DNA of 64,000 nt. Source: Candidatus Methanoperedenaceae archaeon. Its GTDB lineage: Archaea; Halobacteriota; Methanosarcinia; Methanosarcinales; Methanoperedenaceae. Below are positions 25,789 through 36,050 of the stretch, one piece after another. A model generated the notes under the pieces. It saw only the letters and a list, made by a program, of their open reading frames with translations, searched no databases and had not been told where the DNA came from. A program made the translations under genes and the position numbers. Where the stretch lies: the NCBI GenBank assembly GCA_963753595.1, contig CAVWCX010000019.1, forward strand, positions 29,492 through 93,491, written 5' to 3'. Position 1 is the first letter of the stretch, and the number at the start of each line of letters is the position of its first letter.

Positions 25789-27198
25789 TTATATTATTGG
25801 TAAAGTCAAAATCTTAAATCCAATTATCAAATAAACGATAGCAGTAAATCCTACAGCTATCATACTTTGCTGCAATTCGTTTTCATCGTGTGAATCCCTT
25901 TTGCTGATGAGATACCCGGCCCACAATGTAAATATAAAACCGCAAACCAGGAAGACTAACTGCAACCTGTTGATCGTATCAAAATCTGGTGAAAATTCCC
26001 ATATTTTCCCGAAAAAACTTCCAATACTGGCCGCTATAAAAAACAATCCTTTCAAAAGGCGGAATGTGTTTTCAGCAAGATATACCGACAAGCTCAGGGG
26101 GATGAACGCATAGGATAATTCAATAAATTTTTGCTTTGCGTTTTTTCCAAAAGTCGCCCTTGAGGAAAGATACATTAATCCTGCCGCGCCAAGTGTTAAA
26201 AGGAAAAATATAATGATAGCCCACATATTTCTCCAGTACATGTCAAGGAAAGCGATCGAATCAACAGGAAGAGTCGATTTGACAAAACTAATTATCACAT
26301 TCCTGAATTGCAGTCGCTCCATACCCAGTACAAATAAAAATATAATGATTATCCCATGTACAAGAAATGCTTCATCAAGATGAGGTTTCTTTGAATGGAT
26401 GAGATCCGCTCCCGGAAGCCTGGGGCTTATACGGATATTGCCCTTTGAACATGATTTCACACATTCCATGCACATGATGCACTGGTTATTCCTCTCCATT
26501 GTCGGGGGAACCTCACCTACAGGGCATCCTTTTCCTGCCTTGTTTCCGATTATGCATTCTTTGATGTCATGATCATGGCATATTTTTTTGGACTTGCATC
26601 GAAGTTCAATTGCCGAAAGCATTGAGAATAAACCAAGCACAAGCCCGATCGGGCAGATGTAACGGCAGAAACTTCGTTTTTCATACACCGCTCCCATCAC
26701 TATGGCAAGTCCCGTAAAGAAAAGAAGAAGATATGCGGTATTGGGTGGATTTCTTGTAAACTGGAACAGGTGGCGCTCGGCTGCAAAAATAATAAGGAAA
26801 AGTATTACTGCTATCCAGAGATTCCGGTACTTTTCAGGATATTTCCTGTTAAGGCTGAAAACAGACTGCGTCCATTCTCCGATCGCCCCTATTGGACATG
26901 CAAAGCACCACAGCCTTCCCACAATTAATATGGTAAAAGCAAGCAATGGATGCCACAGATCCCATATCATTGTAGTTGCAAATGGTATTCCCCCATGGAA
27001 TCTCAGGTCGGGTTCACTCGAAAGACCAAAATAAATTATAATCAAAAGAAAAATAAACAGGAAAAAGTTGACCAATGGTTTAAAGAACCTGTTCTTCACA
27101 AGATCTTTGAAAAAATAAACATCAAGCAGGTCATATTTTTCTGTGTTCCCGTGATTGTCTGGATTTTCGTTTTTTCCAGTCTCTTTTTTATTTACCAT
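25789..27198 (-). CDS. Membrane 4Fe-4S polyferredoxin (NapH/CcoG-like)
   Basis: GRLWCFACPIG, RSFCRYICPIG, CIMCMECVKSC. Confidence 0.85.
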   Translation of the reverse strand: MVNKKETGKNENPDNHGNTEKYDLLDVYFFKDLVKNRFFKPLVNFFLFIFLLIIIYFGLSSEPDLRFHGGIPFATTMIWDLWHPLLAFTILIVGRLWCFACPIGAIGEWTQSVFSLNRKYPEKYRNLWIAVILFLIIFAAERHLFQFTRNPPNTAYLLLFFTGLAIVMGAVYEKRSFCRYICPIGLVLGLFSMLSAIELRCKSKKICHDHDIKECIIGNKAGKGCPVGEVPPTMERNNQCIMCMECVKSCSKGNIRISPRLPGADLIHSKKPHLDEAFLVHGIIIIFLFVLGMERLQFRNVIISFVKSTLPVDSIAFLDMYWRNMWAIIIFFLLTLGAAGLMYLSSRATFGKNAKQKFIELSYAFIPLSLSVYLAENTFRLLKGLFFIAASIGSFFGKIWEFSPDFDTINRLQLVFLVCGFIFTLWAGYLISKRDSHDENELQQSMIAVGFTAIVYLIIGFKILTLPII

Positions 27199-27200
27199 AA

Positions 27201-27965
27201 TTAACCAAAGAATTGTTCATAAAGGCTTGAAATTTGAGTGTCAATATTGACCGAATAAGGAAGGAAAATGATCTTTAGATATTTGTCGATGCCAAAAAGC
27301 ATCATCAATCCCACAAGTATCAGGACCAGGCCTGAAAGCTTTTTAAAGAAATGGCTTCTTTTTGAGAACCATTTGACACGGCCTGAAACACTTTTTCCCG
27401 AATATGCTATTATAAGCATCGGGATGCTGACACCCAGGGAATAAGCAAGAAGAAGAATTACGCCATACGAAATATTTCCTGAGCCTGCTGAACTTTCAGC
27501 GACCACAGTGAACACCGAACCAAGTATTGGGCCCACGCATGGTATCCACAGGATCCCAAGAGACATTCCCAGGAATAGCCCGCCCAGAAGTCCTTCAGGA
27601 TTGGCTTTTGAGGTTATTTTCCCAATAAAAGTCACATGCTCACGTAAATAATTCAAGATCGAACTTGAAAAATTCGTATAAATTTCATTTATATCATCAT
27701 CAAACAGCACCGCACCCATTCCGATAATTACAAATATCGAGAACCAGCGCAGGTAATCTGTAAAAAAGCTGAATGATGCCACTGTAAAAACAAGAAGCCC
27801 CATCAGTGTGAAGCTCAATGTCATTCCAGTGACTATTGCAAGCGGACGAAGCCTGCTCCCCACAGAACCCGATAATACCGCAGGAAGGATTGGAAGAACG
27901 CACGGCGTTGCAACTGTTGCCATTCCGGCAAGGAATACCAGTAATATGGGGGGAGCTACAGACAT
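27201..27965 (-). CDS. ccdA: CcdA/DsbD-type thiol-disulfide transmembrane transporter
   Basis: TPCVLPILP and WIPCVGPILG. Confidence 0.9.
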   Translation of the reverse strand: MSVAPPILLVFLAGMATVATPCVLPILPAVLSGSVGSRLRPLAIVTGMTLSFTLMGLLVFTVASFSFFTDYLRWFSIFVIIGMGAVLFDDDINEIYTNFSSSILNYLREHVTFIGKITSKANPEGLLGGLFLGMSLGILWIPCVGPILGSVFTVVAESSAGSGNISYGVILLLAYSLGVSIPMLIIAYSGKSVSGRVKWFSKRSHFFKKLSGLVLILVGLMMLFGIDKYLKIIFLPYSVNIDTQISSLYEQFFG

Positions 27966-27966
27966 T

Positions 27967-29235
27967 TTATGTTTTAGCTACCGCATCGATATTATCATTT
28001 TCGGCCTGTACCGTAAAAATGTCTCCTGTCATTTTGATCACGAGAATATTACCTTTTGTTTCGGGATTATATTTGGCAAGACCTGCAGGAACAGACTTTG
28101 TATCCGTTATGCGAAATGCCCTGACAAGTTCTACATTACCTCCGGCAGAAGTCAAACTCTCATAATTCATATCTGAAAAACCAGTCTTTTCCGAGATTAC
28201 AAGTGCATACGCAGCATTCTGGTAATCCACTGCATCAAGCAGGGGTTTATAATCCGAATATGAAGTAGCCATACTATTCGGATCATTTATCAATTTTGCA
28301 ACATTATCCACATTCTGGCTATGTCCGTATATTAACGGTCTTGTCATTACAATATTTTTCATTTCCGGCTGGATCTTTGCTTTAATAGAAGCATCATTTG
28401 TACTGTCATAACCCAGGTCACGAAGTTCTATCCATGAATTCGGGCTGAAATCAGCGCTGTACAAACCTATTTCATTCTTACCATAGAAACCATCCGGCTC
28501 TACCTGCTTTAATATCTGCGCTTGCATTTGGGTTCCAGCTATCATCTTTCTATTTACAAAATATGCGCGGTTCACACCGGCAGGCGTGAGTTTCAAGCCA
28601 TCGGCAAGGGATTTGAAATTGCCTGGCAGTGACAGCGTTGACAGGTCAATTGAGGGAGCAGGCGTGACAGCAGATAATCCAGTAACAGGAATTCCTGTTG
28701 GGAAGTAACTCTGGGTTTTTGTTGCTATCCCGACACAGACATCACAGAATGAAGCATGGTCGTCATAAACCCCATCATTAGAAATGAAGCAATCTCTTAC
28801 AGACATATGAGGTTTTCCCCCGGATGTTATACTTCCATGGTCTCCGCAACCGCAGTAACATGGTATCTGCTCCAGCACCTCCGGGTGCTCAGTCGCATAT
28901 TTATATGCTTTTAATGTCATCGCGTTTGTAACGGCAAAATCCGGAAGTTTGCCTGCAGGTCTTGGTGTAAGTATCGGTAAATAATTATCCACAACAGGTG
29001 GCGTGTTTGTCCCTGAACCCCCTCTGTTTCCATATTCTTTATCGATCAATGCCCTTACTTCCTTAAGGGTCATTTTCTGTTTTGTATCTGTTTTCTGAGA
29101 ATCACCAGGCAGCAGGAAGAATACTCCGATGAGAATAATTGCTGCGACTGCAATTATTACAATATTATTATTTCCTTTCTTTTTCGGTATCTTTTTGCTT
29201 TTCTTTGCATCATCTAATTTTTTTTCAGGCTTCAT
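27967..29235 (-). CDS. Membrane-anchored PCYCGC-motif protein
   Basis: LEQIPCYCGC...DCF...DDHASFCDVC plus an extra C-terminal domain. Confidence 0.85.
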   Translation of the reverse strand: MKPEKKLDDAKKSKKIPKKKGNNNIVIIAVAAIILIGVFFLLPGDSQKTDTKQKMTLKEVRALIDKEYGNRGGSGTNTPPVVDNYLPILTPRPAGKLPDFAVTNAMTLKAYKYATEHPEVLEQIPCYCGCGDHGSITSGGKPHMSVRDCFISNDGVYDDHASFCDVCVGIATKTQSYFPTGIPVTGLSAVTPAPSIDLSTLSLPGNFKSLADGLKLTPAGVNRAYFVNRKMIAGTQMQAQILKQVEPDGFYGKNEIGLYSADFSPNSWIELRDLGYDSTNDASIKAKIQPEMKNIVMTRPLIYGHSQNVDNVAKLINDPNSMATSYSDYKPLLDAVDYQNAAYALVISEKTGFSDMNYESLTSAGGNVELVRAFRITDTKSVPAGLAKYNPETKGNILVIKMTGDIFTVQAENDNIDAVAKT

Positions 29236-29248
29236 TTTAATGCCTCCT

Positions 29249-29716
29249 TTATTTTATAATTTTATTTATTTCATCAAGGAACGTTTGATTTGTCCTGTAT
29301 CCAAGTAATCTTTTTATTTCAGTCCCATTTGAATCGAGGAATATTTCAGTTGGAGTAGCCCGTATTTTAAAATTCCTGGTTTCAGTTTTTTGATTGTCCA
29401 CATCTATAGAGACCAGTATGAAATTCTTATTCAATTTTTCGATCACAGTCTCGTTAGTAAAGGTCTCAGATTCGAATAGTTTGCATGCTCCGCAATACTC
29501 AGACCTTGCGTATACAAATAACGGCTTTCCCTGTGTTTTTGCTAAAAGAAGGGCTGGTCCAACTTCTGTGTTGAAGGTCAATCCCTGTAACGTTATCTGT
29601 TTTGGTCCAGGAATCTTTTCATTTGAAATATTACCTGCCTTATCACCCGATTTGGCGCTCAAACATCCTGAAAGCAGGACAAAGAGAATAATTAATACGA
29701 ATATACATTTCTTCAA
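29249..29716 (-). CDS. Thioredoxin-family lipoprotein
   Basis: Lipobox LSGC; YCGAC; ATPT cis-Pro loop. Confidence 0.88.
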   Translation of the reverse strand: MKKCIFVLIILFVLLSGCLSAKSGDKAGNISNEKIPGPKQITLQGLTFNTEVGPALLLAKTQGKPLFVYARSEYCGACKLFESETFTNETVIEKLNKNFILVSIDVDNQKTETRNFKIRATPTEIFLDSNGTEIKRLLGYRTNQTFLDEINKIIK

Positions 29717-29842
29717 GGTCTATCCGATTTTACAATGAGTGTAAAGTTATATAAGGATTGTGGTTCATAAGAATTGTAGTTCTCATTGTGAGCAGGCAGG
29801 GTTTTATTATTATTGCAAGACAATACAGTAATGGTGATTTGA

Positions 29843-30052
29843 ATGCCTTTTGTAAAAATAATTGATACTGTGGGCTCATCGTCCGAAAGCTGGGAGCAGG
29901 CTGCAAAAAATGCAATTGAGGATGCCTCAAAACTACCGATATTCAAACAAAAAGGTAAGATCACAAAGGCTACTATCAAGGATTTTGATGTAAAGATCGA
30001 GGATAATAAGATAGCTGCTTACCTTTGCAGGGTAGAGATGTTCCTTGAGTGA
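29843..30052 (+). CDS. Dodecin family flavin-binding protein
   Basis: KIIDTVGSSSESWEQAAKNAI. Confidence 0.85.
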   Translation: MPFVKIIDTVGSSSESWEQAAKNAIEDASKLPIFKQKGKITKATIKDFDVKIEDNKIAAYLCRVEMFLE

Positions 30053-30363
30053 TCATGCCAGAAATAAGTGATGACGATCTGGAAGCAATGCTTGAGCGTC
30101 AGCCTACATTGCGTGAAGCAAAAGTAGATGACCATGCCCTCATGGTAAAGGTGCTTGAACATCCTGTCAGGCGAAAGATGATAAAAACCATAGGAGTATT
30201 CGGGAAAACTAAGGCCGGATTGAAAAAAGAAGTCGGCGTGGATGATGCCATGTTAAATTTCCAGATCGATTTCTTTATTAAAGGAAATTATCTCACAGTT
30301 GATGGAGATAATTACAGGTTGAATGACAGGGGACTTGTTTTGTTATCGAATATCCCGAAATGA
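30049..30363 (+). CDS. Winged-helix (ArsR-like) protein
   Basis: VLEHPVRRKMI...YRLNDRG. Confidence 0.65.
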   Translation: MIMPEISDDDLEAMLERQPTLREAKVDDHALMVKVLEHPVRRKMIKTIGVFGKTKAGLKKEVGVDDAMLNFQIDFFIKGNYLTVDGDNYRLNDRGLVLLSNIPK

Positions 30364-30366
30364 GGG

Positions 30367-31281
30367 CTATGAAATTTCCCGGAATAAGTTAAGTATATTT
30401 TTTGCCAGGAATTCGCTTTTTTCAATTGAGGTCATGATCGTATCAAACCGCACTGTTTTTACCCCAATATCCGAATCCTTTGCAGTATCCCTATCGTCAA
30501 TGACCATAATATCAAGAATATCCCCATAACATCGGGAAACCCCAATTGATGACACGGGATACCCTTTTGCACCCATCAATTTCCCGGCAGGACCACTAAC
30601 AGGTGAATCACCGATTATAGGGCTTACAGCAATAACTTTTTTCTTCTTTAAGACTTCCTTTATCCCTTTTATGGCAAGTATTGGTCCGATGCTTGTTATG
30701 GGATTGCTGGGTCCGATAATTATATTCTCCTCAAGTTTCAGGGCATCCAATACCTCTTTTGTAAGCCTGGCTTTTTTGATCCCTGTAATGTCAACATCAA
30801 GAACCTCCGGATTTCCACGGGAACCGACCCAGAAATCCTGGAAATGCAGGACACATTCCGGCGTTTTTATCATCGTATCCACTTTTTCATTACACATGGG
30901 CAGTATCTTTGCTTTTATTCCAAGCGCTAAAGACAGGGAACGTGTAGCTTCGGTCAAACTGGCCCCATTCTGCATAAGCACCTCCCGATAAATACAGGTG
31001 GCACGGTCAGCATCCCCAAGCATGAGCTTTTCATTGATACCCAATTTTTTTAATGCATTATTAGTATGGAATGTGTCATTCCTGATGCCCCACCACTTTG
31101 AGACATCAAGTGATCCCGAAAAAAGATACAGGATCGTATCCACATCAGGTGAAACAAAGCTGCCTGAAACCATTATATCTTCCGCTGTGTTTACAATTAC
31201 AGTGATCTCCTCATCAGGAATGATCTTCCTGAGGCCAGACAAAAGCTTTGGCGTACCTGTTCCGCCAGAGAGGACGATCAT
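30367..31281 (-). CDS. cofD: 2-phospho-L-lactate transferase (F420 biosynthesis)
   Basis: LSGGTGTPKLL, VSPDVDT, HFQDFWV, GPSNPITSIGP, VSGPAGKLM. Confidence 0.95.
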   Translation of the reverse strand: MIVLSGGTGTPKLLSGLRKIIPDEEITVIVNTAEDIMVSGSFVSPDVDTILYLFSGSLDVSKWWGIRNDTFHTNNALKKLGINEKLMLGDADRATCIYREVLMQNGASLTEATRSLSLALGIKAKILPMCNEKVDTMIKTPECVLHFQDFWVGSRGNPEVLDVDITGIKKARLTKEVLDALKLEENIIIGPSNPITSIGPILAIKGIKEVLKKKKVIAVSPIIGDSPVSGPAGKLMGAKGYPVSSIGVSRCYGDILDIMVIDDRDTAKDSDIGVKTVRFDTIMTSIEKSEFLAKNILNLFREIS

Positions 31282-31282
31282 A

Positions 31283-32056
31283 TCATGCCCTCATCTTCCC
31301 GAACAATTTCCCGCCAAGAGCTATCATTGCGAGAGAAAATATTACAAGTACCGCGATGCTTTGCCATATAGGAATTATGGAATTGCCAAGAAGGCAATAA
31401 CGCAGGGCTTCAACTCCATAAGTCAGGGGATTCAGGTAAACAAGCGTTTTTAACCAGGCAGGAAGGTTTGAGATCGGGAAAAAAGCCCCGCTTAATAGAA
31501 CAAGAGGCATAGTCAGGAAACTCATCACCATCTGGAAACCTTCATGGCTTTCGATCTTTGAAGCGATCGCGATCCCCAGACCTATGAAACCTATGCCTGA
31601 TATGAACATAACTGCAATACCTGCCAGGACTCCCCATAATGATACATAATGGACACCGATCAGCCTGGCAATGATCATTATCAAAATGCCCTGTATCATC
31701 GCTGTCGTGACGCCACCTATTGCTTTCCCTAATGAGACATAAAAGCGGCTTACAGGGGCGATCAATATTTCTTTCAGGAATCCGAATTCACGATCCCAGA
31801 TAATGGACACACCTCCCATTAATGAAGCAAAAAGTACAGACATCCCGATAAGACCCGGAGCCAGATAGCTCTTATCAAATGTTCCACCACCCCTGACCTG
31901 GAAAGCTGAACTGAAACCTGCGCCAAGTATTACCAGGAAAAAAAGAGGTGTTGCAAGCGCCCCTATTATCCGTGATTTTGAGCGGGAGAATCGTAGCATC
32001 TCGCGCAGCCACATTGTATATACTGTCTGGGCCGCCCGATCAATAGTGGTCATCAT
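31283..32056 (-). CDS. ABC-2 type exporter permease
   Basis: DREFGFLKEILIAPVSR, LSGAFFP, NPLTYGV. Confidence 0.92.
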   Translation of the reverse strand: MMTTIDRAAQTVYTMWLREMLRFSRSKSRIIGALATPLFFLVILGAGFSSAFQVRGGGTFDKSYLAPGLIGMSVLFASLMGGVSIIWDREFGFLKEILIAPVSRFYVSLGKAIGGVTTAMIQGILIMIIARLIGVHYVSLWGVLAGIAVMFISGIGFIGLGIAIASKIESHEGFQMVMSFLTMPLVLLSGAFFPISNLPAWLKTLVYLNPLTYGVEALRYCLLGNSIIPIWQSIAVLVIFSLAMIALGGKLFGKMRA

Positions 32057-33051
32057 TTCCTCCTTGATCTCATTTTATACCCGACTTTTTCAATTTCACT
32101 TACTTCCTTATCCCTTATTGCCTGGCCGGTATAGTGGATAAATACATCGTCAAGCGTGGGTTTCCTGAGACTCACTGAAGTTATGGGTATTCCTGCCTGT
32201 GAAGCAAGCAATAGTATATGAGGGATCTGGCGCTCACCATTATTGACTGTAATAAAAACCTCGCTTTGTTTTTTTGTAACTATATTGGCACATCCGTCTT
32301 TCTGGTAAGAACTGCATAACTTATCGACATCAGCAGGATTTCCAAGCCCGAGTGTTATTACATCCCCCCCAAGCATGTTTTTAAGATCCTGCGGAGTATC
32401 AAGAGCAACGATCTGGCCATTGTCGATTATTGCTATCCGGTCGCACAATTTATCAGCTTCTTCCATATAATGCGTTGTAAGCAATATGGTTACGCCTTCT
32501 TCTTTATTTAATTTCTTTATATAATCCCATATATGCATGCGCGTCTGCGGATCAAGCCCAAGGGTGGGTTCATCAAGGAACAGGACATGAGGATGATGCA
32601 TCAGGCCGCGTGCGATCTCAAGGCGCCTCATCATGCCGCCTGAATAAGTTTTGACAATGGCATCAGCTCTTTCTGCAAGCTCGACAAGAGAAAGCACTTC
32701 TTTGATGCGTTCTTTCCTCGTCTTTCCATCAAGCCCATAGAGCCTGCCGTGAAGGTCAAGGTTCTCCCGGCCTGTAAGCCTGTCATCAAGTGTAGTATCC
32801 TGGAAAACAACCCCGATATTTTGCCGCACAGAATCCGCATCTTTCATTACATTATGACCCCAGACAAGAGCGCTTCCCCCGGATGGTTCTATCATCGTTG
32901 AAAGCATGCTTATCAATGTGGTTTTCCCGGCCCCGTTCGGACCGAGGAGCCCGAATAATTCCCCGGGTTTTACAGAGATACTGATCTTATTTACTGCAGT
33001 CACATCATCAAAGCGCTTTGTTATTCCTGAGGTTTCAATAGCGTAAAGCAT
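32053..33051 (-). CDS. ABC exporter ATP-binding protein (DrrA-like)
   Basis: GPNGAGKT, YSGGMMRR, LFLDEPT. Confidence 0.95.
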   Translation of the reverse strand: MLYAIETSGITKRFDDVTAVNKISISVKPGELFGLLGPNGAGKTTLISMLSTMIEPSGGSALVWGHNVMKDADSVRQNIGVVFQDTTLDDRLTGRENLDLHGRLYGLDGKTRKERIKEVLSLVELAERADAIVKTYSGGMMRRLEIARGLMHHPHVLFLDEPTLGLDPQTRMHIWDYIKKLNKEEGVTILLTTHYMEEADKLCDRIAIIDNGQIVALDTPQDLKNMLGGDVITLGLGNPADVDKLCSSYQKDGCANIVTKKQSEVFITVNNGERQIPHILLLASQAGIPITSVSLRKPTLDDVFIHYTGQAIRDKEVSEIEKVGYKMRSRRK

Positions 33052-33138
33052 AGTTTATAAGTTTAATTAATTTGAATGATAATAGAATTTGCCTTAATAT
33101 TCTGAAATCAATCAGTTTTTTTAATTATTCGGAAACAA

Positions 33139-33208
33139 ACAACTAACTGAACGAACTGATACGAACTCACGCGGACAGAGTTCGTACGTGTTCGTCTTAG
33201 TTCGTTGT
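33139..33208. repeat. REP-like palindrome family A, copy 2 (inverted relative to copy 1)
   Basis: ACAACTAACTGAACGAACTGATACGAACTC ... GAGTTCGTACGTGTTCGT. Confidence 0.8.
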
Positions 33209-33242
33209 TAATTTATTTCATACCCGACTGAAGTATATAATT

Positions 33243-34400
33243 TTATTCACTCACAGCTACCCTGATACAATCTTCCGTCCTTGCCAGTATACTTTTTACT
33301 CCGCAAAGGTTGGGTACATATTTATGCGCTTTCCCTGAGTTAACCATCATGCATTTGAACTTTTCACTTGCAGGCGACACCACCATGCATGTATCACAAA
33401 AAACCTTTGCACCGCTTTTCTCAATGCGTTTTATCAATTCGGGATTCCTGTTCTTCAAGGCGCGCGAGGTGCAAATCCATACTTCCTTTTTCACTTTTTT
33501 CCCATCAAGGAGTCGTGCCAATTTTTCAAGTTCATCAACGCTGCTGTGAGGGCATCCGAAAGCTATGAGGTCAGGTTCGCCAACTTTATAAACTTCTTTT
33601 ATCTGTTTCTCTTCAATGGTTATTTTTTCAGATGGTAATTCATATCTGCCTGATTCCATCGTAACCCCGCGAACGTGATACATCGCCACAGAACCGGAAG
33701 CTGCCATTGCAGCCCCGAGAGATCTGAGTTCATCTTTTGTAGGGATGGTATTCAGGTCAAAAACAGGGACTTTATCACCGATCATCTCACCCACGATGTA
33801 TCCAAGCGCACCATAATCCGAATCATAAAGCTCTGGCTCTACTTCAATGAGAATGACCGGGCGCCTGTTCTCATCCAGATGGAAGCCGTAATTCGGCGTT
33901 TTCCCGATAAGGGCAGCCGAAAGAGCGCTTGGCCCCCCTTCCCTGTTAGTTCGCGCGCCGATCACAGAGTTGGCGTAAGAAATTGCTGATGACTCACTCC
34001 ATGCCACATGGTCGCCGAAACCTGCCAGGTCATCATAGATATTATATGGGGTGCAGGAGCATTCGGTTTTGACACCGAGAGCCTCATACGCTTTGATTAT
34101 TTCCTGCTGCTTATACGCAAATTCCTCGCTAATTCCCATTTCTCTCCAGCATTCCATGTCCATGCCTGCGGGATTGAGGATCGACGGCACTACCACTTTT
34201 CCTTTCAGGTCAGATATCCACTCAAGACCCGCATCTCCTATCGTTTTATACGAAACCCCTGCGATCTGGGCGCTCTTTATAGGGATCAGCCGGTCGGCGC
34301 CGTATATGTCGCCAAGGGCGGCGAGTATCTCGATGGCTTTCTGGTATGTGGGGCCGCTTTCTCCGTTAAAGAGCTTTTCTTCATCGGGGGTGAGGTACAT
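33243..34400 (-). CDS. Aconitase X catalytic subunit (probable phosphomevalonate dehydratase large subunit)
   Basis: GVSYKTIG, CSCTPY, WSESSA, ARTNREGG, GCPHSS, DTCMVVSP, NSGKA. Confidence 0.9.
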   Translation of the reverse strand: MYLTPDEEKLFNGESGPTYQKAIEILAALGDIYGADRLIPIKSAQIAGVSYKTIGDAGLEWISDLKGKVVVPSILNPAGMDMECWREMGISEEFAYKQQEIIKAYEALGVKTECSCTPYNIYDDLAGFGDHVAWSESSAISYANSVIGARTNREGGPSALSAALIGKTPNYGFHLDENRRPVILIEVEPELYDSDYGALGYIVGEMIGDKVPVFDLNTIPTKDELRSLGAAMAASGSVAMYHVRGVTMESGRYELPSEKITIEEKQIKEVYKVGEPDLIAFGCPHSSVDELEKLARLLDGKKVKKEVWICTSRALKNRNPELIKRIEKSGAKVFCDTCMVVSPASEKFKCMMVNSGKAHKYVPNLCGVKSILARTEDCIRVAVSE

Positions 34401-34667
34401 TCAGGCCTCCTGTTTATTGGCGTTGTGCTTTCCCATAATATCACTCAAGAGAGTTGTGTAGCTTGAGTATTATTCTTATTGTTGAAATAATCTGTGCAAA
34501 ACTATCTGCGGCATGAACTACTTATTCCCGAATTCCCAACTATCGCATCCACTCAGGGCTCGATCTCCTGTCCGTTATATGTGTAGTATGATTATTATGA
34601 TAATACGTATCATATAGAAAAATTTATATCCTTATAAATATAATCAGATATAAAGATCAATCAACAG

Positions 34668-36050
34668 GTGAAAAAAACGAAATCCATCACGCTATTCAGC
34701 AATAAAAAGAGCCCTGATCAGGCAGCATATGATATAATTGAACAGGCGGATGAGAAGCTGGATTTTAAGCCCGATCTCGCTTTATTTTATGCAACTTTAA
34801 AGTATCACGGCAAATACCAGTCGATGCTGGATATATTTAATGATGAATATGGCGACATCCCGCAAATAGGCGCCTCCGTGGATGGCATGATTTACCCCGA
34901 TGACATGAGGGCTGATGGTGCGGCGCTGGTGCTATGTGAAGACGCTGGTGCCAGGATACAAGTGGATGGAATTAAAGGAAAGGGCATAATTGAGTCTGCA
35001 AAGAAACTTGCAAAAAAGGTAAAATGTGAACATGGGGCTATTATGTTGCATTTTCCAATGATACATGTACCAAGTGCTATCAGGTTCGCCAGGTTTTTTG
35101 CAAACGGATTTTATTATAGTAAAAAATCTGGAAAAGCTAATTTAGAAATGCAGAAAGAATATGCAGGTAAATTTTCTGAATACTGCGATAAAGAAAATAT
35201 TTTCTACCAATCCGCCCCGATCTTGAACCTGTTCGCAAAGCAAACCAATTATAAAGTTCCAATTATAGGTATGAATGTAATGCATACACAGGTTAGATTC
35301 AATTCTCCTAATATCTTTTCTAACTTCGAGGATTTAGGTGGCGGTATTGCCGCACTGACTATAGAGAAAAAGAATATAAATGCTGTTTATGATGATATTT
35401 TTCCCCAGAAAGGGAAAAATTTTGAAGAAACTAAAAATATTGTAAGTAACGAATTTAAAATTATCAAGAAATTTAAAGCAAAGTTTGAAAAAAACATCTT
35501 AATCTCCCTGGACAGCAAGCCGCCTGTAGAGGCTGTAAAAAATTTAATATATATTTCAGGTGAAAAAGAAAAAGAATTACATGAACATCTCGATAAAGGA
35601 GATTTTAAAGTTCAAATGCCCTATGGGCTATTATTTATAAATAAACAGACAAATGGAGCGTTTCTTCTTGGAATAGGATCTTATTTTCCTTTTGAATTGT
35701 TTCCTTTTTTCATGGATATTTCAGATTATTCGGAAGATGTTGCCCTTGTATATGAAAATATTGATGATAAATTTGATGCTTTCATTTCATGTTTGAATAA
35801 CTTGAAATATGATGATGGCAGATTTATTTATTTCTCAATGGATGTTGGAGCTGCTGCAGCATTCGGGAAGAAAACTTTCGAATACAAAGATAAAGTAAAT
35901 AAATTATTAGGTAATAACTATTTTGGAATTATGTCAGCGCCTTCTTCAGCTTATATTCCACCTGAATTCAGGTTAAGAAATTACTTATCGGAAACCCACA
36001 ATAATACTTTTTTCATGGGCACAGGGACAAGTAGTTGCCTGGAAATTTAA
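34668..36050 (+). CDS. FIST-domain (small-ligand sensory) protein
   Basis: KPDLALFYAT...IPQIGASVDGMIY...GAALVL resembles FIST_N; ILISLDSKPP resembles the FIST_C ELDGRPA motif; no TM helix; AT-rich. Confidence 0.65.
   Translation: MKKTKSITLFSNKKSPDQAAYDIIEQADEKLDFKPDLALFYATLKYHGKYQSMLDIFNDEYGDIPQIGASVDGMIYPDDMRADGAALVLCEDAGARIQVDGIKGKGIIESAKKLAKKVKCEHGAIMLHFPMIHVPSAIRFARFFANGFYYSKKSGKANLEMQKEYAGKFSEYCDKENIFYQSAPILNLFAKQTNYKVPIIGMNVMHTQVRFNSPNIFSNFEDLGGGIAALTIEKKNINAVYDDIFPQKGKNFEETKNIVSNEFKIIKKFKAKFEKNILISLDSKPPVEAVKNLIYISGEKEKELHEHLDKGDFKVQMPYGLLFINKQTNGAFLLGIGSYFPFELFPFFMDISDYSEDVALVYENIDDKFDAFISCLNNLKYDDGRFIYFSMDVGAAAAFGKKTFEYKDKVNKLLGNNYFGIMSAPSSAYIPPEFRLRNYLSETHNNTFFMGTGTSSCLEI

Noticed and set aside
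34560-34582. GTTATAT (and GTTATGG at 44820) as attC remnants
   Set aside because: No complementary upstream core or fold was found; too short to be significant.
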